A DNA stretch of 64,000 nucleotides, from NCBI GenBank assembly GCA_965198005.1, contig CBDAOI010000004.1, forward strand, positions 1,632,001 to 1,696,000. The letters run 5' to 3'. Under the pieces are notes generated by a model. It did no database searches, was not told the DNA's origin, and worked only from the letters and a program-made list of their open reading frames with translations. This DNA is from Spirochaetia bacterium. GTDB lineage: Bacteria; Spirochaetota; Spirochaetia; SZUA-6; Bin103. Positions 10,272 to 20,224 of this stretch are shown piece by piece. Position numbers and translations under genes: made by a program. How positions within the stretch are numbered: the first letter of the stretch is position 1; every line of letters begins with the position of its first letter.

Positions 10272-10928
10272 CTACCGCTCGCGGCCGGCCAGGGCGGCGA
10301 ACAGGCGGGTGTACGCCGGGTCGTCCCAGCTCCGGATGCCGATGGCCCGCGCCAGAATCGATCCGTCCTTGTCGATGACGTAGCTCATCGGCAGGGTGCG
10401 GGCGCCGTAGGTCGCCGCCGTGGAGCCGTCGCTGTCGAGCAGCACCGGGAACGTGAGCCCCAACTCCTGCACGAACTGTTCCACCACCGCCGCCTGCTCC
10501 TGCAGGTTCACGGCCACCACCGCGAAGCCGGGGGTGCCCGCGAGGGAGTCGTGCAGCCGCTGCATGGCCGGCATCTCGGTGCGGCAGGGCGCGCACCAGG
10601 TGGCCCAGAAGTTCAGGAACACGACGCTGTCGCGATACGTATCGAGCGAATAGGGGTCTCCGGCCACGTCCTGCAGAGAGAAGTCCACCGCGGCCACCGT
10701 GCGCTGCGGCATCTGGAAGCCGAGGTTCTGCATCTGCGCCAGCAGCGGGTCGCTGCCGGTGGCGGCGGTCACCGAGGCTGCCGGCGCCGCCTCGGGGTCG
10801 GGTGCGAGCGCCGGCGCCGGATGCCGTTCGCGCCACCCGAAGCCGGCGCCGCCGACCGCGGCCAGCGTGCCCAGTGCAAGTACCAGCACCCCGGGCCTGA
10901 AGGCGCGCACCGTACGCTGCATCGTCAT
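10272..10928 (-). CDS. TlpA-family thiol:disulfide oxidoreductase
   Basis: NFWATWCAPCRTEMP motif, N-terminal TM segment; ATGA overlap with upstream gene. Confidence 0.9.
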   Translation of the reverse strand: MTMQRTVRAFRPGVLVLALGTLAAVGGAGFGWRERHPAPALAPDPEAAPAASVTAATGSDPLLAQMQNLGFQMPQRTVAAVDFSLQDVAGDPYSLDTYRDSVVFLNFWATWCAPCRTEMPAMQRLHDSLAGTPGFAVVAVNLQEQAAVVEQFVQELGLTFPVLLDSDGSTAATYGARTLPMSYVIDKDGSILARAIGIRSWDDPAYTRLFAALAGRER

Positions 10929-11617
10929 TGCCAGGAGCGCATGGTAGCGAACCCCTGGTGCGTGAACAAGCTGAGCGCCAGCACCGTGCCATTGAAGATC
11001 GCGTGCGCCCACGCCAGCCGATGTACCGAGCGGCGCCGGCGGTACAGTACGGCCAAGCCGCTGCCGAGCACCAGCGCCACCGCCGCCGCCAGCCAGCCCT
11101 GATACAGGTGCCCGGCGCTGAACAGCAGCGACGCCGCCAGCACCGCGACCCAGGGCGGTGTGGCGATCTCGTCCAGCAGGGTGAGCAGGTAGGCGCGGAA
11201 GTACAGTTCCTCGCGGTAGGCGCCGAGCAGCACGAACGCGATCGCCAGCGGCGCCTGGGACAGACCCTCCAGGCGCCAGCGTTCGCCGCGCAGCAGGGCG
11301 TTCGCTACCGGTTCCGGCAGCGCCGCCACCAGCAGCGACGCCAGCACCAGCACGCCCAGCGCGGCCGCCGCGATCAGCGGCGCGTCCGCGGCGTCGCGCC
11401 ACCGCGCCGTCAGGCCGAACCGCGGCCAGGCCGGGTCGGCGCGCAGCACTGCCGCCAGCACCGCGAGCTGCAGCAGCGAGCCGGCGGTGGTGGTGGCCAG
11501 GGTACGGGCGGGGCCGAGCAGTCCGGGCGCCAGAAACAGCAGCACGAACAAGCCTGCCATCTGGGCCAGCGCCGGCACCCGCCGGCGTCGCGCCAGCGTG
11601 CGGTCTGCCTGCTCCAT
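10925..11617 (-). CDS. CPBP (CAAX) family intramembrane metalloprotease
   Basis: EELYFRAY, FSAGHLYQG, AHAIFN motifs. Confidence 0.88.
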   Translation of the reverse strand: MEQADRTLARRRRVPALAQMAGLFVLLFLAPGLLGPARTLATTTAGSLLQLAVLAAVLRADPAWPRFGLTARWRDAADAPLIAAAALGVLVLASLLVAALPEPVANALLRGERWRLEGLSQAPLAIAFVLLGAYREELYFRAYLLTLLDEIATPPWVAVLAASLLFSAGHLYQGWLAAAVALVLGSGLAVLYRRRRSVHRLAWAHAIFNGTVLALSLFTHQGFATMRSWQ

Positions 11618-11724
11618 GGGGGCCATCTTAGCCGCCAAGGCCTCCTCCGACCGCCCGCGGCCGCGAGCGCGTGTCCGGGCGCCGGTGAAGCGGCAGGGTC
11701 GCGCGGGTCGTTGAACCAATTGAA

Positions 11725-13245
11725 GTGGTGGCCAACCGGCAGGGGCCGGGCAACCGGCAGGGACTGCTCGTCCGACAGGGGCTGGGCGTCCGGCAGCGGC
11801 GCAGGCGCGCCCGCCGCGGCCGCGCGCGCCGAGGCGGACCGCGGCCGATCGAACCGGCGGTGGCCGCGGCCGTGGCCGTGGTAGCGGTCCTGCTGGCGCT
11901 GCCGCACGTGGGGCGGTCCGCGGTGGACGGCGGCGGCGTGCTGCTGCTGGTCACCCCGGCGCTGGTGCCGGCGGCGCTGGCCGCGGTGGCGCCGGCGCGC
12001 TGGCGGTGGCGGAGTCTGGTGCTGGCGGCGGCGGCCGGGTGCACGCTGGCGGTCGGCCTCGACCTGGGCGCGCGCTGGCGTCTGGCCGGTTACGGCGCGG
12101 CGCTGCCGCCGGCGGCGATCGACGAGCTGCACGGCACGCTGCTGCAGGACGACCGCCCGACCGCCGGCGGCACCCGCTACCGGATTGCGGTCGACACGGT
12201 CGGTTCCACCCGCATGGCGGTGCGGGCGACGGCCCGGTTCACCGCCACGGTGACCGCCCCGGGCAGCTCCGCACGCGCCTACCGCGGCCAGCGCCTGCGT
12301 GTGCACGGGGTTGCAGTGCGGGCCGCGAGCGGCGGCCGCCTGCTGGTCGACGGGCGCCGCGCCCGGGTCGTGCCGGCGGCTGCGGCATCCGGGCGGCCTG
12401 CCGCGGTACGCGCCGGCGTACGGGCGCGTGTGGAGCACCTCATCCAGCGCCAACGCGGGCCCGCCGCGGCGCTGCTGGCCGCCCTCCTGCTCGGCGACCG
12501 CCATCACCTGACCGCGGAACAAGTGGCGGCGTTCCGGCGCGCCGGGGCGATGCATCTGCTGGCGCTGTCCGGCCTGCACGTGGGGCTGGCCTATGCGGTT
12601 GCGGCCACCTTGGCACGGGGCGTGACCTGGCTGGGGGCGATGCTCGTGCCGCGCGGCCAGCGCTGCTGGGTCGCATTGGCGGCCGGCCTGGGGGTCGCCG
12701 CGGTGTTTCTCTACGTGGAGCTCGCCGGGTCACGCGCGTCTCTGGCGCGGGCCGCGACCATGCTGGCGCTGGCGCGCGCGGGGGCGCAGCTCGGGCGGCC
12801 GGCGCGGTCGCTCAACCTGCTGGCGTGGTCCGCGCTGGTGGTGCTGGCGGCTGACCCGGCGGTGGTGCACGAGCTGTCGTTTCAGCTCTCCTACACGGCG
12901 CTGCTCGGCATCCTCCTGCTCGGGCCTGCTCTGGCTGACCGCCTGCCCGCGCTGCTGCCGATTTCCCTGCGGTCCGGGATCGGCATGGCGGTGGGGGCGC
13001 AGGCGGCGACGCTGCCGCTGGTGCTGGCGACCTTCGGCAGCGCCTATCCGGTCGGCGCCGTGTCCGGGCTGGTCCTCGTCCCCTATACGGCGCTGTTTCT
13101 GTGGACCGGGATGGTGGGCTTGGCGCTCGCGGTCCTCAGCGCCGGAGGTACGGAGCCCGCTACCGCCGGCGTGCTGAACCTGATGTATAGTGGCTTCGAG
13201 ATGTTGAACGGACTGTTCGCATGGGCGCCCGGGATCCGGATGTGA
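11725..13245 (+). CDS. comEC: ComEC/Rec2 family competence membrane protein (start uncertain)
   Basis: ALLLGDR, GAMHLLALSGLHVG, SFQLSY; typical comEC-rsmA adjacency. Confidence 0.85.
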   Translation: MVANRQGPGNRQGLLVRQGLGVRQRRRRARRGRARRGGPRPIEPAVAAAVAVVAVLLALPHVGRSAVDGGGVLLLVTPALVPAALAAVAPARWRWRSLVLAAAAGCTLAVGLDLGARWRLAGYGAALPPAAIDELHGTLLQDDRPTAGGTRYRIAVDTVGSTRMAVRATARFTATVTAPGSSARAYRGQRLRVHGVAVRAASGGRLLVDGRRARVVPAAAASGRPAAVRAGVRARVEHLIQRQRGPAAALLAALLLGDRHHLTAEQVAAFRRAGAMHLLALSGLHVGLAYAVAATLARGVTWLGAMLVPRGQRCWVALAAGLGVAAVFLYVELAGSRASLARAATMLALARAGAQLGRPARSLNLLAWSALVVLAADPAVVHELSFQLSYTALLGILLLGPALADRLPALLPISLRSGIGMAVGAQAATLPLVLATFGSAYPVGAVSGLVLVPYTALFLWTGMVGLALAVLSAGGTEPATAGVLNLMYSGFEMLNGLFAWAPGIRM

Positions 13246-14126
13246 ATCACAACTCGCCGGCCGCGATCCGGGCTCTGCTCGGCAGCCACAACCTGCGCCC
13301 CCAGAAACGCTGGGGGCAGAACTTCATGGTCAATCCCCGCGCGCGGGCAAAGCTGGTGACCACGCTGGACGCTCGGCCGGAGGATACCGTATGGGAGATC
13401 GGCCCGGGGCTGGGCGCCCTCACCGCCGCGCTCCTGAAGCGCTGTGCGCGCCTGGTGGTGTTCGAAATCGACCACGGACTGATCCGCCTGCTGGAGCGCG
13501 AATACGCGGCGGACTCGCGGCTCACCATCGTCCCGGGCGACTACCTGCGCACCTGGCGCACCGCCGCCGCCCGCGTTGCCCCCGACCGCATCATCGGCAA
13601 TCTCCCGTTCAGCAGCTCGTCGGCGATCATCGCCGCCCTGATCGAGCACGACGCCGTGCCGGCCGCCTGCGTGTTCACGGTGCAGAAGGAGTTGGCGCAG
13701 CGCGCGGCGGCCGCGCCCGGCACCCGCAACTACTCGTCGTTCTCCGTCCTGTGCCAGTGTCTGAGCGAGGTCACGGATCACGGGGAGTTGGCCCCCCGCA
13801 CCTTCTATCCGGTGCCGGAGGTGACCGCCTCGGTGATCGAGTTGCGGCGCGCCGAGCGCGCGGCCCAGGTGCGCAGCCGCCCGATTCTGTTCCAATTGAT
13901 CCGGACCTGCTTCCACGCCCGCCGCAAGACGCTACGCAACAACCTGCTGGCCCAGGGGCAGTTCGGTCTGCCGAAGTCGAAGCTGCTGGAGGCGGTGGAG
14001 GAGGTCGGCGTCGATGCGGGCCTGCGCGCCGAAGAGCTGGCCCCGCGCACCATCATCGCGCTGGCCAACACGCTGGTCACGCACGGAGCGGTGACCGGCG
14101 CGCCGGCCGCCGGCGCCCAGGAGTAG
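13242..14126 (+). CDS. rsmA: 16S rRNA m6,2A dimethyltransferase
   Basis: KRWGQNF, EIGPGLGALT, GNLPF, FYPVPEV, RRKTLRNNL. Confidence 0.93.
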   Translation: MNHNSPAAIRALLGSHNLRPQKRWGQNFMVNPRARAKLVTTLDARPEDTVWEIGPGLGALTAALLKRCARLVVFEIDHGLIRLLEREYAADSRLTIVPGDYLRTWRTAAARVAPDRIIGNLPFSSSSAIIAALIEHDAVPAACVFTVQKELAQRAAAAPGTRNYSSFSVLCQCLSEVTDHGELAPRTFYPVPEVTASVIELRRAERAAQVRSRPILFQLIRTCFHARRKTLRNNLLAQGQFGLPKSKLLEAVEEVGVDAGLRAEELAPRTIIALANTLVTHGAVTGAPAAGAQE

Positions 14127-14163
14127 CGCCCCAAAACCGTTGCCCCGGGGCGCGCGGTGCGGG

Positions 14164-15066
14164 TCAGGCCGCGCCGGCTGCCGCCTCCAGGTCGTGGTAG
14201 TCCGCCAGCACCCGCTGCAGCTCGGCCTTGGCGCTCGCGCCGAGCGGCGTCATCGGCAGCCGGTAGCGTTCCTCGACCAGGCCCGCCAGGTGCATCGCCG
14301 CCTTGACCGGAATCGGGTTGGTGTCCAGTCCCATGAGCGCGCTGATCACCGGCAGCAGCTTGTAGTGCTCGGCCCGCGCTGCGGCGGTGTCGCCGGCCAG
14401 CATGCGGTTGACCAGCGCCACCATCGCCTCCGGGAGCAGGTTGCTGGTGACCGAGATCACCCCGTTGCCGCCGAGCGCCATCAGCGGCAGCGTTACCTCG
14501 TCGTCTCCCGAGAGCACCGTGAAGTCCGGCGGCCGGCGGCGGATCAGATCCATCATTTGCGAAATGTCTCCGCTCGCCTCCTTCACGCCGACGATGTTGG
14601 GATGCTCCGCCAGCGCCAGCATGGTCCGGTTGTCGATGTTCTTGCCGACGCGGCCGGGGATGTTGTAGACGATCAGCGGCAGGTCGACTTGGTCCGCGAT
14701 CAGCCGGAAGTGGCGCAGAAAACCCTCCTGAGACGGCTTGTTGTAGTAACCCGCGACGTGCAGACTCGCCTGCGCCCCGACCTCGCGTGCGAACCGGGTG
14801 TGCTCCAGCGCCTCGACCGTGTTGTTCGACCCGCACCCGGCGATCACCGGCACGCGTCCGGCGGCCTGCTCGAGCACCACGCGGATCACCTCGTGGTGCT
14901 CGTCATCGGTCAGGGTCGGACTCTCCCCGGTGGTGCCGACCGGTACCAAGCCGGTAATCCCGGCCGCGATCTGCCGGTCGACCAGCCCGCGCAGGGTGTC
15001 GCGGTCCAATTCTCCGGACGCGGTGAACGGCGTAACCAGCGCCGTGTAGGTGCCTTCAAACCTCAT
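14164..15066 (-). CDS. dapA: 4-hydroxy-tetrahydrodipicolinate synthase
   Basis: ALVTPF, GTTGESPTL, YYNKPSQEG, YNIPGR, GVKEASG. Confidence 0.95.
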   Translation of the reverse strand: MRFEGTYTALVTPFTASGELDRDTLRGLVDRQIAAGITGLVPVGTTGESPTLTDDEHHEVIRVVLEQAAGRVPVIAGCGSNNTVEALEHTRFAREVGAQASLHVAGYYNKPSQEGFLRHFRLIADQVDLPLIVYNIPGRVGKNIDNRTMLALAEHPNIVGVKEASGDISQMMDLIRRRPPDFTVLSGDDEVTLPLMALGGNGVISVTSNLLPEAMVALVNRMLAGDTAAARAEHYKLLPVISALMGLDTNPIPVKAAMHLAGLVEERYRLPMTPLGASAKAELQRVLADYHDLEAAAGAA

Positions 15067-15832
15067 GCGTGCTCTCCTTGGCTAACATCTCGTCGATGAA
15101 GTCGTCGATTCCAAAAAAACCGCTCTTGCGCGGTTCGGCGGCGAGCCAGGTCGCCACTTGTAACGCTCCGGCCGCCAGCGCGGCTCGTCCGCGCGCGCGG
15201 TGGGTCAACTCGATCGTGTCGTCGAGCGAGTCGAACAGCAGCACGTGCGTGCCCGGCTCCTCGCCGCCGCGCACCGACGCCACGTGCAACTCGTCGGCCT
15301 CGATCGGGCGGTCCAGCCGTTCGGTTGCCACCCGCCGCTTGCGCGTGCTGCTGGCCAGCACGGCGGCGGCCAGCGTGAGCGCCGTGCCCGACGGAGAATC
15401 CGCCTTGCGCCGGTGATGGCGTTCGAACACCGCCGCGTCATAGTCAGGGAACGGCTCCATCAGGGCCGTGGCCTGGCCCGCCAAGCGCAGGAACAACTGC
15501 ACGCCCAGCGAGAAGTTGGTCGCATGCAGGTAGCCGCTGCAGCCGCCCTCGATGATGGCGCGCACTTCCTCCAGCCGCGCGCCCCAGCCGGTGGTGCCGA
15601 CCGCGGCGTTGAGCCCCGCCGCCGCGTAGCCGCGCGCGTTGTCCACCACCGCCTCGGCGATGCTGAACTCGATCGCTACGTCGGCGCCCGCCGCGATCTC
15701 CGGGGTGAGCCGGGCGGCATCGGCATCGGCGGCGACCGGGTCGACGCGGGCTACGATCTCGTGCCCGGCGGCGGCCGCTACGCGCGCGGCCTCGCGGCCC
15801 ATGCGGCCGTAGCCCACGATCGCGATCCTCAT
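15056..15832 (-). CDS. dapB: 4-hydroxy-tetrahydrodipicolinate reductase
   Basis: GYGRMG, GTTGW, NFSLGV, HHRRKADSPSGTA. Confidence 0.95.
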   Translation of the reverse strand: MRIAIVGYGRMGREAARVAAAAGHEIVARVDPVAADADAARLTPEIAAGADVAIEFSIAEAVVDNARGYAAAGLNAAVGTTGWGARLEEVRAIIEGGCSGYLHATNFSLGVQLFLRLAGQATALMEPFPDYDAAVFERHHRRKADSPSGTALTLAAAVLASSTRKRRVATERLDRPIEADELHVASVRGGEEPGTHVLLFDSLDDTIELTHRARGRAALAAGALQVATWLAAEPRKSGFFGIDDFIDEMLAKESTHEV

Positions 15833-15896
15833 CTCAAGCCACCCATGACGGTCATCATAGCGCGTCTGGCCGCGGCGGCCAAGCGCACCGGGTGCT

Positions 15897-16228
15897 AGTA
15901 TATCATATCATTGACAATCGTATGTCCCGCTTGTATGGTCGATGGTGTGGAGTGGTGGGGTCCGGTCACCGCAATATCGGGTGCAGCAGTAGCGGTAGTG
16001 GCGATCGCGGCCGCGATCACCACTACCATTCAAGAGCATCCGGGATGAAGTCAAGAGCATCCGTGGGAGAGCTCAAGGTTCAGATCGGAACGGACATCCG
16101 CCGCGGGAGCTGAAGCGACCTGCTTACCGAATATCTGTTACAACGGGCGCGTGTCGTTGCTGCTTCAACGCCACTCTCGCTGCCTGCCTGCGGCGCCGCT
16201 CGACCCGGGGCAACCCAGCGCGTGGCGT
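15897..16228 (+). pseudogene. Internally deleted copy of the 23438-24548 coiled-coil gene region
   Basis: Blocks nearly identical to about 23438-23584, 23780-23806 and 24410-24547, joined directly. Confidence 0.85.
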
Positions 16229-16253
16229 ATCCGGTGTGGCACGGCTCATTGGC

Positions 16254-17255
16254 TCATTCATAGCGCACCCTCGGATCCAGGACCGCGTAGACCAGGTCGA
16301 TGAGCAGATTGATCACCACCACCCCAGTGGCGAACAACAGGTTGATGCCGGAGACCATCGGGTAGTCTCGGTCATTGAGGGCATGCAGAAAGAGGCGACC
16401 GAGCCCCGGCAGGTTGAAGATGTTCTCCATGATCACCGCGCCCCCCACCAGGATCGGCAACTGCAGGCCGATCAGGGACACCACCGGGATGAGGGCATTC
16501 TTGGCGGCGTGCCGGATCACCACGGCCCGCTCCTTCAGCCCCTTGGACCAAGCGGTCCGGATATAGTCCTGCCTCAGCACCTCCAGCATCATGGTGCGCG
16601 TCATCCGCATGGTGGCGGCCGCCGAGGCCGTTCCCAGTATCAGGCCGGGAATGAGGAACACCGCCAGATTCCCCAGCGGGTCTTTCGTGAAGGAAACCAG
16701 CTCCAGCGGCGGCGCCCAGCCCCACCAGATGGCCGGGTAGATCATGACCATGACGCCCAGCCAGAAGTTGGGCGTGGCCAGGCCGATGATGGCGACCGAG
16801 CGCCCCAGGAAGTCTGCGACCGTATCCTGGCGAATCGCCGAGTAGATGCCGACCGGCAGCGCGATCACCAGCCCGATGAGGATTGCCATCAAACCAAGCT
16901 CGATGGTTACCGGCAGTCTACCTAGTATCCTGTCCTCTACCGCCAAACCGCCATACAGTGATTCGCCAAGCGTACCCTGGAGGAGACCTTTGAAGTGGGA
17001 CTCACCGGTAACCCGGTCAGGGGTCGGCAACACCCCTATCCAGCGTCCGTACTGCACCCAGACAGGCACATCCAATCCCAGCCGACGCTCGAGCGCTGCA
17101 CGGTCAATCCCCCCCGTTACGTAGATCTGCACCCGAGCCTCCAATACGTCTATGACATCGCCGGGGATGAAGCGGACCGAGAGAAAGACCAGGATGCTCA
17201 AGATAAACAGGGTGGGGACGACCAGCAGCAGCCGCCGGATGATGTAGGCTCTCAT
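16254..17255 (-). CDS. Peptide/nickel ABC transporter permease (DppB/OppB-like)
   Basis: MRAYIIRR, DYIRTAWSKGL EAA loop, ENIFNLPGLG. Confidence 0.93.
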   Translation of the reverse strand: MRAYIIRRLLLVVPTLFILSILVFLSVRFIPGDVIDVLEARVQIYVTGGIDRAALERRLGLDVPVWVQYGRWIGVLPTPDRVTGESHFKGLLQGTLGESLYGGLAVEDRILGRLPVTIELGLMAILIGLVIALPVGIYSAIRQDTVADFLGRSVAIIGLATPNFWLGVMVMIYPAIWWGWAPPLELVSFTKDPLGNLAVFLIPGLILGTASAAATMRMTRTMMLEVLRQDYIRTAWSKGLKERAVVIRHAAKNALIPVVSLIGLQLPILVGGAVIMENIFNLPGLGRLFLHALNDRDYPMVSGINLLFATGVVVINLLIDLVYAVLDPRVRYE

Positions 17256-17374
17256 GTCTTCGTAGTAAATGGGCGCCGGGAAGATCGAGGCTCCCGGCGC
17301 CCTTCTCTGCAGGCAGAACGAGCGCGAAACGCCCGCGGACCCCGCTGCCAGGCGTGGTCCGCGAAGCCGTTGCC

Positions 17375-19156
17375 TCAGAATCCCATTTCTTTCTTCAGGG
17401 CACTATCAATCCAGAGACGGGAGAAGATCACTTCCTCGCCCCCGCTTGATATCAGTTCACCGTTATAGCCTATGAGCCACGGCTGGTTCACCGAAAACTG
17501 TGGAAGCAAAGGACCATATATCGTCCAGTATTGCTCTAATGCGTACATGACCAAGTCTGGCACCAGCCTGTTCCGCTCCTCGACGGTGGTCGCGGCTGCG
17601 GCTGCGGCATGCATGGCGTCATAAGTCGGGTCGTTGACGCTGCTATTTACACCATCCGTGGTAAACCCACTCATGATTGACACTGCCCACTGCATGGAAA
17701 CAGCATACGCCGTATCGTTACTGGCCATTTCGTATTCCTGAGCTTTTCTTCTGGGGCCCCATGCAGCGTTTGGCGTTACTTCAACCTCCACATCAACGCC
17801 AATCTTCTTCCAGTATGAAGCGGCTAATTCCGCATAGTTTAGATCGAAACGCTCAAGGTGCATCAACACGGTCTTGAATCTAGTGCCGTCCGCGCCGCGA
17901 GGATACCCGGCAGCATCAAGCAACGCTTCGGCCCCTTCCGGGTTATACGTGCGGCCCTTCTGGAGCTCCTCGGGCCACTCTTCAAATGGGGTGGAACCGT
18001 CTGTCATGAAACGGCCCAGCCGCCCTTGAGGCATCGGATCTGAGAAACCCTTGAAGTACGAATTGTCAATGGTTTCGAAGTCCAGTGCCATGTTCATTGC
18101 CTTGCGCACCCTGATGTCGTCAAAGGGTTCTATCTGAGTGTTCATTGCAAAACCATTGTCCGATCGAAACCGTACCGGCCACAATTCGACGTCGGGGTTG
18201 GTCCGCTGGATGCTCTCTACCTGCTCGATAGTCCGGAGTTGAGCTACCCCGGCCACACCCACGTAATCCACCTTACCCGTGCGCATTGCCGCCAGTTGTG
18301 TTGCCACTTCGGGCATAATCAGAGCCCTTAACGTGTCAACATATGGCAAACGGTTTTCCGGGTATTTTTCGTCGTAGCCCCAGTAGCCAGGATTCTTGGT
18401 ATAGGTGATGGAGCTGCCCTCGGTCCAGTCAGTCAGCTCAAAAGGACCGGTGCCGACCAGGTTGCTCCAAGCCGTTACGTCCCCGTGTTCCTTGATCACC
18501 TCGGGGGGGTACATGACAGCAAGGGAGTCGTCGAGGATAACCATCAGCGTAAGGAGATTTGGCTCCTTCAGCTTGAAAACCACCGTCCATTTGTCGGTGG
18601 CCGTTATGGATTCGAATGACACCCCAGTCAAAACACTATAAGCAGCGCTAGGTTCGGTGAAGCCGCTGCCCAGACCCAGAGTACGGTGAAAGTTATATAC
18701 GACATCGTCGGCAGTCAGCTCCCGACCGTTCATTGGTGCCTTATCGTGCCAGTGAACGCCCTGGCGGACTTTGACGACAACTGTTTTGTCGTCGGGCATT
18801 TCCCAGCTCTCCGCCAGAGCCCCCCTCGTGTACTTTGGAGCGGCCATGGTCGGGAAGTTATATTCGTCCCTGGGCGTTGCCCAGTCGCCGATGCCTAGCT
18901 TCTCTACGACCAGGCCCACGGCCACGACACCCCCACTCAAATGTTTGTCAGTATGCGAGGGCGATTCTTTCTTGACGTAGGTTATTGTCCCGCCATACTC
19001 CGGCGCGGTCACCATCTTGCCGGTGGTCGGGTCGGTCACCATTTCCTTCTCCATCGCCGCGGCCGGCTCCTCCTCCGAGGCAGCCGCCCAGAGGCCGGTG
19101 GCGGTCAGTGCGAGGCCACACAGCACGGCGAGCGAAATGCGCATTACGAAATGCAT
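17375..19156 (-). CDS. ABC transporter substrate-binding protein, family 5
   Basis: Signal peptide, PEYGG, LAESWE, VGTGPF, PFDDIRVRKA. Confidence 0.93.
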   Translation of the reverse strand: MHFVMRISLAVLCGLALTATGLWAAASEEEPAAAMEKEMVTDPTTGKMVTAPEYGGTITYVKKESPSHTDKHLSGGVVAVGLVVEKLGIGDWATPRDEYNFPTMAAPKYTRGALAESWEMPDDKTVVVKVRQGVHWHDKAPMNGRELTADDVVYNFHRTLGLGSGFTEPSAAYSVLTGVSFESITATDKWTVVFKLKEPNLLTLMVILDDSLAVMYPPEVIKEHGDVTAWSNLVGTGPFELTDWTEGSSITYTKNPGYWGYDEKYPENRLPYVDTLRALIMPEVATQLAAMRTGKVDYVGVAGVAQLRTIEQVESIQRTNPDVELWPVRFRSDNGFAMNTQIEPFDDIRVRKAMNMALDFETIDNSYFKGFSDPMPQGRLGRFMTDGSTPFEEWPEELQKGRTYNPEGAEALLDAAGYPRGADGTRFKTVLMHLERFDLNYAELAASYWKKIGVDVEVEVTPNAAWGPRRKAQEYEMASNDTAYAVSMQWAVSIMSGFTTDGVNSSVNDPTYDAMHAAAAAATTVEERNRLVPDLVMYALEQYWTIYGPLLPQFSVNQPWLIGYNGELISSGGEEVIFSRLWIDSALKKEMGF

Positions 19157-19172
19157 CAGATAACTCCTGTTG

Positions 19173-19260
19173 CTCGAGAGTACTGAATCGACTGCCGGCC
19201 CCTCGCCTACTCTCGAGTTATGCCTGCTTCAACGCCGGCGAGCACAAGCGAGGGCGACAG
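19173..19260 (-). promoter_or_regulatory. Conserved two-helix RNA element upstream of the SBP Shine-Dalgarno (copy 1)
   Basis: Helix B CTCGAGAGTA/TACTCTCGAG; helix A CTGTCG-CCCTCGCTT pairs with AGGCGAGGG-CGGCAG; homologs at 35851 and 47623. Confidence 0.7.
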
Positions 19261-19313
19261 CGCGGGTCCCCAGGCGGTACGGCGCTTGGAGACGAGCCCG
19301 GGTTTAGTCGTGG

Positions 19314-19340
19314 TTAGTCGTAACCGGTCTTGGGTGCCAT
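19314..19340 (-). CDS. Putative leader peptide MAPKTGYD
   Basis: AAGGAGG SD upstream; homologous to MTPKTGYD at 35780 with synonymous codon changes. Confidence 0.6.
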   Translation of the reverse strand: MAPKTGYD

Positions 19341-19739
19341 CCCATCCTCCTTTGACGTGCGCGCACCACCGGCCGTTCGGATCGCGTCGGGACCTGCGTC
19401 CCAGCGTCCACGCGGCTGGCGAGGCGAGTTGGATTGGATTGGCCGGCGACGCCGGCGGTAGAGTTGATAAGTGGGTTGATGAGGCCCGGTACGCCGGTCT
19501 CGGCGCTGAACGGACACCGCGTGAGGCGCCGGATGGGTTAGCTGTGTTGGGGGGGGGGGACTCCTCACCATTAAGCAAGCGCGCCGCGAGCTGATTTTCA
19601 GCAAATCTCGGCGCGCGGCTGTCAGGGGAACAGAGTGTCATAAGCGTTGACGTGTTATAAGTCACTCAAGCCCTCCGCAGGTGAGGCACAGCCATACCCA
19701 GATGTAGTCGCGATGTCGCGATTGACTGGATCCCACCCT

Positions 19740-19768
19740 ATCGTAACCTCCGCTCCCGTGGACGTCAA
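19740..19768 (-). promoter_or_regulatory. Sigma70-type promoter TTGACG-N17-TACGAT for the SBP leader
   Basis: Same position as TTGACT-N17-TATTAT at 35277 within the homologous block. Confidence 0.7.
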
Positions 19769-20224
19769 CCACGAATCGGCCCAGCAATTCTCGGTGAACG
19801 GCAGTCGATGGCCTGAAGAGACAGTCTGGAGGGGCCCCCACCATTCGCCAACCCCCGCCGCGAAAGGATTCCGGGGGGGAGGGGATGGGCAAGGGTAGGA
19901 CGCGCCGGTTGCGTTGCCCCTAACCGGTGGCAGCGCTGAGTAGTGTTTTCAGCCATCTTTTGCATCCGTTCAAACCTGAGACTTTCAGTATGCCACCCCT
20001 GCGGCACAAATCAACAGGAAAAACTGGCGAATTGAAGGTTTCTTGAGATTTCTTTCGGGCAGCCGCGGCAGCCGAGAGCCCCTCGCGGCGCCGACTCGGG
20101 CGCATCGCCCCTCCAGAGCCGTCATTCGCCGGCGATGTGGCCGTCCGCAGGCCGTTCACCGTCCACGTCGGCCTCACAGCGGCCCGCTGAGGGCATTCCA
20201 GCCCCTCGGGGGTAGCCTGGGTAC